From assembly GCA_963675665.1 (NCBI GenBank), contig OY776510.1, positions 222,584 to 286,583 on the forward strand: 64,000 nucleotides of DNA, in the 5' to 3' direction. Shown here one piece after another: positions 27,368 to 37,215 of this stretch (positions are counted from its first letter, which is position 1; each line of letters begins with the position of its first letter). Position numbers and translations under genes: made by a program. This stretch comes from Spirochaetia bacterium. Its GTDB lineage: Bacteria; Spirochaetota; Spirochaetia; UBA9216. Under the pieces are notes generated by a model. The model was not told the origin of the DNA. It saw only the letters and a list, made by a program, of their open reading frames with translations, and ran no database searches.

Positions 27368-28320
27368 TACTGCTTCTATCATCAATTATTGCCATTACGC
27401 TTAAAGCCGGAACCTCGCTTGTATTTGCTACAATCGGAGAAATTTATACGGAAAAATCCGGTATCCTGAACCTCGGAATTGAAGGGATAATGCTGATGGC
27501 GGCCGTAATATCGTTCACAGTTTCATATTACACGGGAAGCCTGTTTGCAGCAATTCTTGCAGCGATGCTGACCGGCGGGCTGCTTTCGCTGCTTCATGCC
27601 TTTCTATCCATAACCATGCGCGCGCAACAGGTGGTAAGCGGCCTGAGCATAACACTCTTCGGAACAGGCATGGCAAGCTTTCTCGGGCAGACACTGGGCC
27701 CTGAAACAAACCACAACTACATGATTGGTCTGAACGCTGCAAAATTTAAGGCAATAGTAATACCCGGCCTGTCCAAGCTGCCGGTAAAAGGAGCCGTATT
27801 CAACCAGGATCTTTTAACCTACATAGTATTACTGCTCCTTCCGGCTGCATGGTTTTTCATGTTCAAAACAAAATACGGACTGAACCTTCGCGCCGTAGGA
27901 GAAAACCCGCAGACTGCCGACGCCATGGGAATCAATGTAACTGCAGTCCGCTACATTTCAACTGTTTTCGGCGGTATAATGGCCGGCATCGGCGGCGCAC
28001 ACCTTTCTCTTTCGTATACGCCGGGCTGGACTGAGAACATTACCGGCGGCAGGGGATGGATTGTTATTGCTCTGGTGATCTTCTCGCTCTGGAACCCTTC
28101 GCGTGCAATCTGGGGAGCCATTCTTTTCGGCGGCATTAACGCAGTTCAGTTCAGGCTTCAGGCCTCCGGCGCCGAGATTCCCGCCCCTATACTGAACATG
28201 ATGCCCTATCTTGTCACAATAGCGGTACTGGTAATAATAACAGTCTGGGAAAACCGTAAAAGAAGCGCGGGCGGGGCCCCTGCCGCGCTTGCATCGCCAT
28301 ATCTGCGCGAGGAAAAATGA
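27364..28320 (+). CDS. ABC transporter permease
   Basis: 318 aa from ATG 27364, forming an ATGA overlap with the preceding permease. Confidence 0.8.
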   Translation: MILLLSSIIAITLKAGTSLVFATIGEIYTEKSGILNLGIEGIMLMAAVISFTVSYYTGSLFAAILAAMLTGGLLSLLHAFLSITMRAQQVVSGLSITLFGTGMASFLGQTLGPETNHNYMIGLNAAKFKAIVIPGLSKLPVKGAVFNQDLLTYIVLLLLPAAWFFMFKTKYGLNLRAVGENPQTADAMGINVTAVRYISTVFGGIMAGIGGAHLSLSYTPGWTENITGGRGWIVIALVIFSLWNPSRAIWGAILFGGINAVQFRLQASGAEIPAPILNMMPYLVTIAVLVIITVWENRKRSAGGAPAALASPYLREEK

Positions 28321-28342
28321 AGTTTGCCGTGACTGTAACGAA

Positions 28343-29182
28343 TTATCTGCTGCCGGTTGCAGATCGCGGTTCTTCAATTCTCCGGTCGGCAAAAACATCT
28401 TTATAAACAGCTATCAGCCGGCTTCTGCTGTGAATGCCGGTCTTTAAAAATATATTATTAAGATGACTTTTAACTGTTGCTACGGAAATATTCATGAAAC
28501 CCGCCAGCTCTTCATTTGATACCATTCTGTAAAAACAGAGCGCCAACATTACTTCATATTCTTTCCGCGTAAATTCGACATTCTCTATCTCTGCAGCCGT
28601 CAGACGTTTTTTCAGTTCCGCCCCGAACGGCACGATCCTGCGGGCTATATCCAGTTCGTTTTTTAATCGGGAGTACCTTTTTCTTAGAAATTTACTGAAA
28701 TCAATATATATAAAATAAAACACAGCATATATGACAATAACAAACAGCAGTTCATGAACAATACTGATATTGGCGTCGCCTTTCCATAATTCATGTATAA
28801 GCAGTAATGCACAATTATATACCAATGTCAGAAGAAGCATTTTTGATGCGAGAAAGGAATACCTGTATGCAAGAACAAGGGCGATAATAAATATAATTAC
28901 TCCGGCAAGGTCTCCGCTGTTTATGCTGACCACTGTTCCAAGAATGTAAAGCAGCATTGTCTGGTACTGTTTGGAATAGTATCTCAACCCTGAATTTCGT
29001 TTTGATCTCAAGGTAATAGTTACTACAAGCAAACCTGCCGCAAAGCACAACGAATAATTTATAAAAGTAACTGCTGTTCTGTCTCCGGCTATGAAATAAC
29101 GCATTATAAAACCGGTAATGCCTATAAGAGAACCTGTTATTCCCAGAAAAAGACCGAGCCTGTAATAAAATTTACTAATCAT
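28343..29182 (-). CDS. Membrane-anchored LuxR-type HTH regulator
   Basis: 279 aa with about 5 N-terminal TM segments. The C-terminus is FTRKEYEVMLAL...NISVATVKSHLNNIFLKTGIHSRSRL, which is GerE/LuxR type. Confidence 0.7.
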   Translation of the reverse strand: MISKFYYRLGLFLGITGSLIGITGFIMRYFIAGDRTAVTFINYSLCFAAGLLVVTITLRSKRNSGLRYYSKQYQTMLLYILGTVVSINSGDLAGVIIFIIALVLAYRYSFLASKMLLLTLVYNCALLLIHELWKGDANISIVHELLFVIVIYAVFYFIYIDFSKFLRKRYSRLKNELDIARRIVPFGAELKKRLTAAEIENVEFTRKEYEVMLALCFYRMVSNEELAGFMNISVATVKSHLNNIFLKTGIHSRSRLIAVYKDVFADRRIEEPRSATGSR

Positions 29183-29255
29183 TTTCCCTCAAATGCTTAT
29201 CCTGTATAATTATATTCTACCATATTTACGGCATTCTATGATATATTTGAGATAT

Positions 29256-30809
29256 ATGAAAAAAGAGAAAGATATTTTAGATGAAACAGTAAGACTGTGC
29301 GCAGCGCTTTCAGCAGAAAACAGACTGCAACCGATGATTTCCATTCTTGTGGACCAGACTTTGGACATCAGCCGCTCCGAACTGGCAGGGCTTTATCTGT
29401 ATCCTGAAGATGAAGGGAATCCAAGGCTTGTATACCAGCGCGGCTGGTATTCGTTTCCGCCCGAGTTGAAACGCCGATCCGAGCTTATTCGTTTTGCAGA
29501 AGACTGCTGCGAAGCAATTGTGTTACTGCAGCGAAAGAAATCTCCTTTCACCGGAATTCTTCTTGACGGGAAAATGAACAGCGGCATAATTCTGCCGCTT
29601 AACACTTCTACTGAAAAAATCGGATATCTTGTCCTCAATTCAGACAGGGACAATTTTTACTGCGGCAGCAAATTCAGATTTCTTGAATCTGTTTCCAAAT
29701 TTGCAGGAGGGCTGCTGCATAATTCCGTCCTATACAATCAACTCAAAGAATACGTCAAGAAAATTGAAGCAATGGAACGATATCAGAATAATATTTTCAG
29801 CTCCATGTCGGATCTGCTTATCACGACAAATCCCGACGGGAGCATACACTATTTTAATGAGGCAGCCGCCAGGAAACTGGGCCTCTCGGATGGAAATATC
29901 GGTAATCAGATTAATAATTTCTTTAACAAAAAACTCACAAAAAAGGTTCTGACAGCTATAGAAAAAGCGGAATCTGCCGGCGACACCCTCCTCGGGCTTG
30001 AGGGAATTATGAAAACGACTGATGCAAATATCGACTACTCCCTGAATATTACTCCGCTAAAAGGAAAACGGGGTCGAAATGAAGGATTAACTCTGCTTTT
30101 CAAGGATCAGAGCGCCGAAATGGAGATGAAAAACAAAATGAGCGTCGCCATAGAAGAAAGGCGCGTTATCAAGGATATGTTCTCCAGGTATCTTTCAAAC
30201 GACATTATTAACCATTTGATGGAAAGCCCCGAACTGGTAAGTCCGGGCGGGTCAAAAAAGATTGCAACCGTCTTCTTCGCAGACATAAGGGGATACACAG
30301 CCTTTTCAGAAACCCAGGAGCCTGAAGTAATCATTGAAATACTTAACGAATATTTCACCGAAGCTGTTGAAATCGTCATTAATTACGGCGGTTATATCGA
30401 CAAGTTTATCGGCGACTGTATAATGGCAGCCTGGGGGGTTCCACTTTCAAACAAGGAAGAAGATGCCATCAAGGCGGTATCATGCGCTGTCGAGATTCAA
30501 AAGCTTGTAGCTTCAAAACAAAGAAAATTCTTTAAGGGAAGAGCTAAATCGCTTAAAATCGGAATAGGTATGCATTCAGGCCCCCTGGTAGCAGGAAATC
30601 TCGGAAGCTCAAGACGCATGGACTATTCAATGATCGGAGATACGGTAAACCTTGCGGCCAGACTCGAAGGTGTGGCCGGACCGGATGAAATAATAATTAC
30701 CGGAACAACACGCAGCATGCTTGACAACAGTTTTAACCTGGAACGCCGAACTCCCGTCAAAGTTAAAGGAAAGAAAGATCCAATAGAAATTTATAATGTA
30801 GCCGTCTGA
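29256..30809 (+). CDS. GAF-PAS-class III adenylate cyclase
   Basis: The cyclase domain has all canonical motifs: FFADIRGYTAFSE, DKFIGDCIMAAWG, IGIGMHSGPLVAG and DYSMIGDTVNLAARLE. The Lys/Asp specificity pair favours ATP. The start is uncertain. I chose ATG 29256 (MKKEKD), downstream of a TATAAT at about 29206. Confidence 0.8.
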   Translation: MKKEKDILDETVRLCAALSAENRLQPMISILVDQTLDISRSELAGLYLYPEDEGNPRLVYQRGWYSFPPELKRRSELIRFAEDCCEAIVLLQRKKSPFTGILLDGKMNSGIILPLNTSTEKIGYLVLNSDRDNFYCGSKFRFLESVSKFAGGLLHNSVLYNQLKEYVKKIEAMERYQNNIFSSMSDLLITTNPDGSIHYFNEAAARKLGLSDGNIGNQINNFFNKKLTKKVLTAIEKAESAGDTLLGLEGIMKTTDANIDYSLNITPLKGKRGRNEGLTLLFKDQSAEMEMKNKMSVAIEERRVIKDMFSRYLSNDIINHLMESPELVSPGGSKKIATVFFADIRGYTAFSETQEPEVIIEILNEYFTEAVEIVINYGGYIDKFIGDCIMAAWGVPLSNKEEDAIKAVSCAVEIQKLVASKQRKFFKGRAKSLKIGIGMHSGPLVAGNLGSSRRMDYSMIGDTVNLAARLEGVAGPDEIIITGTTRSMLDNSFNLERRTPVKVKGKKDPIEIYNVAV

Positions 30810-30831
30810 CATCGGCAATGGAGGAAAGATA

Positions 30832-33411
30832 ATGGAAATCATACCAGGCTTAATCCTGCCCCTCTGGAGTATTATCACAATAATCGGGGCCGTAGCTGTC
30901 CTGATTATACTGATTATTATCAGGCTTTTTCTTAACTACAGTTTTATGAAAAATTGTGACAAAATCTGTTCCGACAGTTCAGGCATTGCCGCTTTCAGGG
31001 AAAAGTACAGCGGAAACAAACTGTTGAAGAAATCCCGGATGATTGAAAAAGCAGCAGAGAAAAACGGAACCGGGCTTATTTCCGACACAGGTCTGGCGGA
31101 GCAATGGGAAAAACAGTTTTTGGTTTATCGAAAGACCGGCTATCTTAAAAAATTTATTAAACATTTTCCGGAGAAAGGTCTTTTCTTCTGTATCCTGGGA
31201 GGAAAAACAAAACCGGCTTTTGAAAAACTGTTCAAAAAAACAATAACCCAAAACAGTGATCTCAATCTTATAAAGAAGATTGCTGTTGCAGGTGCCGGTA
31301 CAAATTTTGACGGAGAATACGCCCTTTCCCTTTTCGAAGACAAATTTCAGGAAATAATTGAAATGACCGGCGATTCCGAATGGGAGGTAAGATTTTTCGC
31401 GATCAAGCTTCTGCTCTACAGCGATGAGAAAAGGGCTGTACGTTCCGTATGGGATGCCTTTCAGGACTCTTCGTTGAAGATTAGAACAGCAGCAGCAGCC
31501 GAGTTCACTCCCGAAGACAACGAACGTCTTGCCGGAACTCTTAAATCAATGCTGCTTGATGATCCCTCCTATACCGTTCGGACAGCAGTGAGGAAACGTC
31601 TTGACAGGGATTTTCCTGAACTGTACAGAATTGAGACAGCTTCACTTGTAAAACCCCAGATTGTACATCTTCTTGGCCAGCTTCATGACGGTTCGGATGA
31701 AGATGAAAACACTGCATTTGATTTCCTGCTCTCGGACGATCTGGAGATACGGCTTCAGGCAGCGCTTTATCTGCAAAGACAGCATAGTCTTGCGAAGAAG
31801 TTTAAAAACGCAGATACAGGTGACATGGAAGAGTACCGAAGGATAGAAAACCTTCTTTCCAAAGCATGCCAGGTAAATTGTACAAATTTTCTAAAAGATC
31901 TTAAAGATTCCGACAACCCGGCAACTGCACGTCTGGCCGCCGGGCTTTTAAAGAGGGACGGCAACCACCAGTATATTGACTGGCTTGCAGCAAAGGTTTT
32001 TTCACCCCAGTTCAGGGAAAAGACAAAAGAACATTTCACTGAAATATATATAGAAACGGTAGACTGCATTTCAATGCGCGGCAGCGATATTGCCCTCGGG
32101 ATGCTTAACGAGCAGCTTGTAAAATTCCCGGGCGATGAACAGCTTACGGAAATAATTCTTCCAAGGCTTCCTTTGCGCGGCGAAAGTATTTTTATACCTA
32201 CCCTGCTTAAACTGCTGAAAGAGGGTAATTTCAGGAATCCCGTCTTGCTCAGGGAAACAATTGAACGTTTTCCGCCTTCGATGTATATCGAAGAATTAAT
32301 CGGCATCCTTCACAGCGATCCGCAAACCGTTGACGCCTCAGTAAAAAAAGAAGCATTCATGATTCTGGGCGAGCTTAAGATGACGTGCTGTCTTCAGGTT
32401 ATACTGGAACACATGAAACTGCTGTCGCATTCCGAACAGAAGGAATTCGCGGTTATTCTTAACAGTTACGACTCAGCCGCTTTTACCGACAGGGTTGCCG
32501 GGCTGCTTCGTTCAACCGATTCTGAAACACGGTCGGCGCTGATCAGCGCTTTGCCGGCAACAGGACTGAAACAGTTTATTAACGACATCAGGGAAGCGGC
32601 CAAGGATCCGGATCCTGAAGTTCGGATATCCAGCATCTGGGCATTGGCGGGTTACGGTGAAACAAAATTGATCAGCCAGATGACTGATATGCTGCGTGAC
32701 CCGGTTGAACGCGTCAGACGGGAAAGCGCAGCTGTAATAGCTGAATATGGAACTCCGTCGGCGCTGGAAGTACTTAAAAAAGTTATTGCCGACGAAAACG
32801 AAGTATATCCTGTAAAAGCTGCTGCCGTTTACGGCTTCGGCGAATCCGGCAGGGATGAATCAATCCGAATACTCATCGACACACTCGAAGACGATGAACT
32901 CAGAGCTTCCGCAACAGCAGCGCTCGCAAAAAAGACCACCGCCGGAGGACTAAAACGGATGACGGAATTATTCAAGGACGCGTCTCCCCAGCTAAGGGAA
33001 TATATTTCAGACGCTTTCAGGGAAATGGGAGAAGAATGCGAAGCCGCGGTTAAATCCGTTCTTCAGGAAGAAATATCTTCGCTTCGTGAAATCCTTGCCG
33101 AAATTCTTCTGAAAACAGGGTATATTGAAACAACTGTTGCAAAACTGAGACACCGCAATCCGGATGTCCGCAAGCAGGCTGCTGCCGTGCTGGCACTAAT
33201 CCAGACAAGGGAAGCCTTCAAGGGCATAGTGCTGGCAGCCAGAGATCCGGATTCGGAGGTAAGGGTTGAGGTCCTTAAAGCTCTTGAAAAACTGAACACT
33301 CCCGACGGAGAACCCCTGCTTCAGGAACTGAAGGATGATCCGGACAGACGGGTTCGTAAATATACGCTCTGGGCGCTGGAAAGGCTTGAAGCAAAAAACA
33401 CGGGTGATTAA
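30832..33411 (+). CDS. HEAT/PBS-lyase-repeat protein with N-terminal membrane anchor
   Basis: 859 aa with one N-terminal TM. Motifs such as D.D..VR..A...L recur (e.g. DPDPEVRISSIWAL, DPDSEVRVEVLKAL, DPDRRVRKYTLWAL). Confidence 0.7.
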   Translation: MEIIPGLILPLWSIITIIGAVAVLIILIIIRLFLNYSFMKNCDKICSDSSGIAAFREKYSGNKLLKKSRMIEKAAEKNGTGLISDTGLAEQWEKQFLVYRKTGYLKKFIKHFPEKGLFFCILGGKTKPAFEKLFKKTITQNSDLNLIKKIAVAGAGTNFDGEYALSLFEDKFQEIIEMTGDSEWEVRFFAIKLLLYSDEKRAVRSVWDAFQDSSLKIRTAAAAEFTPEDNERLAGTLKSMLLDDPSYTVRTAVRKRLDRDFPELYRIETASLVKPQIVHLLGQLHDGSDEDENTAFDFLLSDDLEIRLQAALYLQRQHSLAKKFKNADTGDMEEYRRIENLLSKACQVNCTNFLKDLKDSDNPATARLAAGLLKRDGNHQYIDWLAAKVFSPQFREKTKEHFTEIYIETVDCISMRGSDIALGMLNEQLVKFPGDEQLTEIILPRLPLRGESIFIPTLLKLLKEGNFRNPVLLRETIERFPPSMYIEELIGILHSDPQTVDASVKKEAFMILGELKMTCCLQVILEHMKLLSHSEQKEFAVILNSYDSAAFTDRVAGLLRSTDSETRSALISALPATGLKQFINDIREAAKDPDPEVRISSIWALAGYGETKLISQMTDMLRDPVERVRRESAAVIAEYGTPSALEVLKKVIADENEVYPVKAAAVYGFGESGRDESIRILIDTLEDDELRASATAALAKKTTAGGLKRMTELFKDASPQLREYISDAFREMGEECEAAVKSVLQEEISSLREILAEILLKTGYIETTVAKLRHRNPDVRKQAAAVLALIQTREAFKGIVLAARDPDSEVRVEVLKALEKLNTPDGEPLLQELKDDPDRRVRKYTLWALERLEAKNTGD

Positions 33412-35089
33412 ACCGGGCCCCGAAGGCAGAGAGTGGTGGAGAGGCACCAGCGTTTATCAAATCTATCCTCGTTCTTTCTGCGATTCGAACGGAGACGGAA
33501 CAGGCGATTTACGCGGCATTATATCCAAACTTGATTATATCAAAGAGACAGGTTTTGAAACCGTCTGGCTGTCTCCGTTTTTCGCCAGCCCTCAGCGTGA
33601 TTTCGGTTATGACATCAGCGACTATCTCGGTATAGCTCCCGAATACGGCAATCCGGATGATGCTTTTACCCTCATTGAAGAGATCCACCGTCGAAATATG
33701 TATGTAATCTTTGACATGGTCCTTAACCACACAAGCAGCGAGCATAGCTGGTTTGCAGAGTCGGCATCATCCAGGGAAAATCCTAAACGGGACTGGTACG
33801 TGTGGCAGGACGGCAAAAACAAAAGATTCGGCAGAAGACGCCCGCCCAACAACTGGAAAAGCCAGACAGGCGGTTCAGGGTGGCAATGGGACCGGAATAC
33901 AGCGCAATGGTACTGGGCCGCCTTTTTGCCGTTTCAGCCGGATCTCAACTACCGGAACCCTGACGTAAAGAATGAAATATTCGGCGTGCTTAAATTCTGG
34001 CTTGATAAAGGCGTAGACGGCTTCCGGCTCGATATAATAGGTTCTATTTTTGAAGATAAGGAGTTCCGGGACAGCCCGTTTAGCTGGAAACTCTTTCCCG
34101 ATGAAAATAACGACGGAATGCTTTTCAAATCAACCTGCCGAACCCAGAACCTTCCTGAAAGCATTGATTTCAGCCGCGAGCTCAGGAAACTCACGGACAG
34201 CTATCAAAATCCTCCGAGGTTTATGGTAGGCGAAACCTTCGGAACGCCTGATACGGTAGCTCGTTTCTGCAGCAACAGGGGGCTTCATTCCGCCTTTGCC
34301 TTTAAATGCGCGTCAGTACCGTTTACAGCCGCAGCATTTCGAAACCTTGTTCTTGAATATGAGGAGAAATTTGCCTGTCCGCTGTTACCGGTCTGGGCAT
34401 TTTCAAATCATGACCGAACCAGAAGAATATCACGCCTCGGAGAAAATCACGCCAAAGCCAGACTGAACGCCGCATTTCAGATAACAGCACGAGGCATTCC
34501 TTTCTTTTATTACGGAGAGGAAATCGGCATGACCGATATGAAACTGAAACATAGTGACTCGCTTGATCCGGTGTCGTTTCCGTTCAAAAAGCTTCCCGCT
34601 CCGATTTTCAACATTATAAACCGGAAAGTAAACGGAGCTCTAAACCGTGACTGCGTCCGCACGCCAATGCAGTGGGACAACTCTGAGAATGCGGGTTTCT
34701 GCCCTCCCGAAACCGGGCCGTGGCTTCCGGTAAACCAGATATCGGCGGAGAAGGGAATAAATGTACGGTCCGCCGAATCCGACGAAGGTTCAATCCTGCA
34801 CTGCATCAGGAGTTTTCTCAAATTCCGGGCGGCATCTGAAGCAATAAGGTTCGGCCGTATGGAGATAATTCCAGAACAACTGCTGCCGGAAACAGTTTTA
34901 GGATTCAGCAGAATTGCAGATGATAACGAATCGGTACGGGTCTTTCTTAATTTCGGAAACAAACCGGCAGAGCTTGCTGTAAAAGAAAACGAAAAAATCC
35001 TGCTTTCAACCGAATTACGTCCGGGAACAAGGGCTGACTCCCCTCAAAAGCTTAGACTGTCAGCTTTTGAGGGCGTCATCCTCGGGTGA
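33404..35089 (+). CDS. GH13 alpha-glucosidase / oligo-1,6-glucosidase family
   Basis: Contains YQIYPRSF, DMVLNHTS, DGFRLDIIGS (nucleophile), VGETFG and FSNHDRTR. The start is uncertain. GTG 33404 overlaps the HEAT gene stop, and the track ATG 33335 would overlap 77 nt. Confidence 0.8.
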   Translation: MIKPGPEGREWWRGTSVYQIYPRSFCDSNGDGTGDLRGIISKLDYIKETGFETVWLSPFFASPQRDFGYDISDYLGIAPEYGNPDDAFTLIEEIHRRNMYVIFDMVLNHTSSEHSWFAESASSRENPKRDWYVWQDGKNKRFGRRRPPNNWKSQTGGSGWQWDRNTAQWYWAAFLPFQPDLNYRNPDVKNEIFGVLKFWLDKGVDGFRLDIIGSIFEDKEFRDSPFSWKLFPDENNDGMLFKSTCRTQNLPESIDFSRELRKLTDSYQNPPRFMVGETFGTPDTVARFCSNRGLHSAFAFKCASVPFTAAAFRNLVLEYEEKFACPLLPVWAFSNHDRTRRISRLGENHAKARLNAAFQITARGIPFFYYGEEIGMTDMKLKHSDSLDPVSFPFKKLPAPIFNIINRKVNGALNRDCVRTPMQWDNSENAGFCPPETGPWLPVNQISAEKGINVRSAESDEGSILHCIRSFLKFRAASEAIRFGRMEIIPEQLLPETVLGFSRIADDNESVRVFLNFGNKPAELAVKENEKILLSTELRPGTRADSPQKLRLSAFEGVILG

Positions 35090-36727
35090 ATTGCTTTCAT
35101 ATGAACCGGAAGACGCAAACATCCCCCGCATAATTTCAGCCCCCATCATATCGGGACTTTTCATTCCTTCAAGACCGCCGAGAAAATCGTTAAGAACAAG
35201 AATCTCTTCAAGCATCAGCAGCCGGACAAAATGTTCATTCTCGGGCTGCGTGTTGACAGTAAGAGTCGAATCATTCATAACCACCGTAATTGTTACAGTA
35301 TCTTTCCGGACATGATAGATGTCCCGGCCGAAATCCATCTGCTGAACAAAAAACTCTTCATTTCGAAATGAATCAAGTACAAGTTCAAGAATAAACCTGG
35401 CCATTCTTGCAGTCGGAAAACTCAACTCAATACTCTGGGTATTTTCCTGCTGGGCTGCAGCGGCAAATTTCTTTTTATAACCTGAGCCGCCTTCAAAACT
35501 TTTTATCAGCATTGGAGGAGCAATAATACTGGCTACAAGCAGGGTCATTATGGACACGCCGAAAAGATCATGACCGATAGCGCCGGTTGACAATCCTATA
35601 CCGGCAACAATAAGCGTCACCTCACCGCGGGGAAGCATTCCGCAGCCTATTCTCAAAGCTCCCCTTAAATTAAATCCTGCAAAAAAAGCGGGGAGCCCGC
35701 AACCGAACATTTTACCTGCTATCGCAAAAAAGCTGAAAATTAAACCGAAAATCCATATTCCGCTCATTGCCCTGAAATTTACCATCATTCCCATAACCGC
35801 GAAGAAAACAGGTACAAAAAACTCATATACACCTTCCATCTTCTTCATTATTTCATGTGAAATGTCTGTCTGGGAGAGGGCAAGCCCCATTACATAGGCC
35901 CCGATAATCATTGCAAGCCCCGCAAGCTCGGCAAGTCCGGATAAAAATAATGCTATGCCGAAAGACATTGAAGTAATAATATCCATCGACTTAAAACGCT
36001 TCAGCCCTTTTGTAAGTTTGGGTGCAACAATAATACCTATAACGGTAGAAGCAATCCAGAAACCGAAGGCTTTCAGAGCAATCCATCCGATATGCGCCCA
36101 TGGAATATGGCCGTGAGTTGTTGCAACCTTTGATACGCCCACAACAACCGCCAGAAGGACTATTCCGAGAACGTCGTCCAGCACTGCCGCGGCGAGTATC
36201 GTAACCCCCTCGGGCGAGGACATTTTTCGTTTTTCGCTCAGAATTCTGGCGGTAATGCCTACCGATGTCGCGGTACAGAGTGTTCCGAGAAACAATGCTG
36301 AAGGATGCATAAACGAATGCACGGAGGGAAGAAGCAGAACTGTTACGGCATCACCAAGTATAAAGGAAACAATAACCCCGCCCAGTCCAACGAATGAACC
36401 CTTTGCGGAGAATCTCAGAAATGTAGGCAGGTCCGTCTCAAGACCGGAAGAGAACAGAAGTACAATAGAAGCAACTACCGCAAAACCGTATAATTCCGGT
36501 GAAACCGAAAGCTCGCCTCCCGAAGGTATCGCAAAAAGCGGGCCATGAAGTATTTCAACAGGTATACTGCCCAGGGCATACGGCCCGATAATCATTCCGG
36601 CTACAAGTTCGCCGAGAACCTTTGGGAGCCTGAGGTGGCGAGGGAAAAACCATCCCAGGAATTTGGCGGCCGCAATTATTACCGCCAATTGTAAGACAAG
36701 AATCGTCATTAAATGAGTCATGATCAA
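35060..36727 (-). CDS. CPA2-family cation:proton antiporter (Kef/NapA-like) with an unassigned C-terminal soluble domain
   Basis: 555 aa with about 12 TM segments of Na_H_exchanger type. The last ~150 aa are soluble with no motif I recognise. Confidence 0.75.
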   Translation of the reverse strand: MIMTHLMTILVLQLAVIIAAAKFLGWFFPRHLRLPKVLGELVAGMIIGPYALGSIPVEILHGPLFAIPSGGELSVSPELYGFAVVASIVLLFSSGLETDLPTFLRFSAKGSFVGLGGVIVSFILGDAVTVLLLPSVHSFMHPSALFLGTLCTATSVGITARILSEKRKMSSPEGVTILAAAVLDDVLGIVLLAVVVGVSKVATTHGHIPWAHIGWIALKAFGFWIASTVIGIIVAPKLTKGLKRFKSMDIITSMSFGIALFLSGLAELAGLAMIIGAYVMGLALSQTDISHEIMKKMEGVYEFFVPVFFAVMGMMVNFRAMSGIWIFGLIFSFFAIAGKMFGCGLPAFFAGFNLRGALRIGCGMLPRGEVTLIVAGIGLSTGAIGHDLFGVSIMTLLVASIIAPPMLIKSFEGGSGYKKKFAAAAQQENTQSIELSFPTARMARFILELVLDSFRNEEFFVQQMDFGRDIYHVRKDTVTITVVMNDSTLTVNTQPENEHFVRLLMLEEILVLNDFLGGLEGMKSPDMMGAEIMRGMFASSGSYESNSPEDDALKS

Positions 36728-37170
36728 CCGCAGATTATTTTATAAATTTTATCAACAGATTCGGCCTCTACAAGCATTTTACGCTCTTTCGGGTCCCGCA
36801 GTAATCTGCTTATTTCTGCAAGAAACTGCACATGAGGACCTGTCCGGTTAAGCGGAGATACAGTCATTACAAAAATTTGGCTGGGCTGTTTGTCAAAAGC
36901 ATCAAAATCAACTCCGCCCTTTTTTATCCCTACGCAGCCGACAAGTTCGTCTACTGCATCGCTTTTACCATGAGGGATGGCCACACCGGCTTCCATTCCT
37001 GTCGACATCTTTGCCTCGCGTTCCATAATACAGGTTTTGACTTTTTCCCTGTTACTGATTTTTCCTGCGGAAACAAGAAGATCTATCAGAGAATTGATAA
37101 TCTCTTCCTTGGTTTCACCTTTGAGATCGTCGGTGATTACGTCTTTGGTCAATATTTTACGAAGATTCAT
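36724..37170 (-). CDS. PTS EIIA type-2 (PtsN/EIIA-Ntr-like) protein
   Basis: 148 aa. GVAIPHGKS contains the phosphorylatable His context. Its stop overlaps the antiporter start (ATGA). Confidence 0.75.
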   Translation of the reverse strand: MNLRKILTKDVITDDLKGETKEEIINSLIDLLVSAGKISNREKVKTCIMEREAKMSTGMEAGVAIPHGKSDAVDELVGCVGIKKGGVDFDAFDKQPSQIFVMTVSPLNRTGPHVQFLAEISRLLRDPKERKMLVEAESVDKIYKIICG

Positions 37171-37215
37171 GGATTAGAGAATAAATGTACAATTGTTTAA
37201 TGTCAACATACCTGG

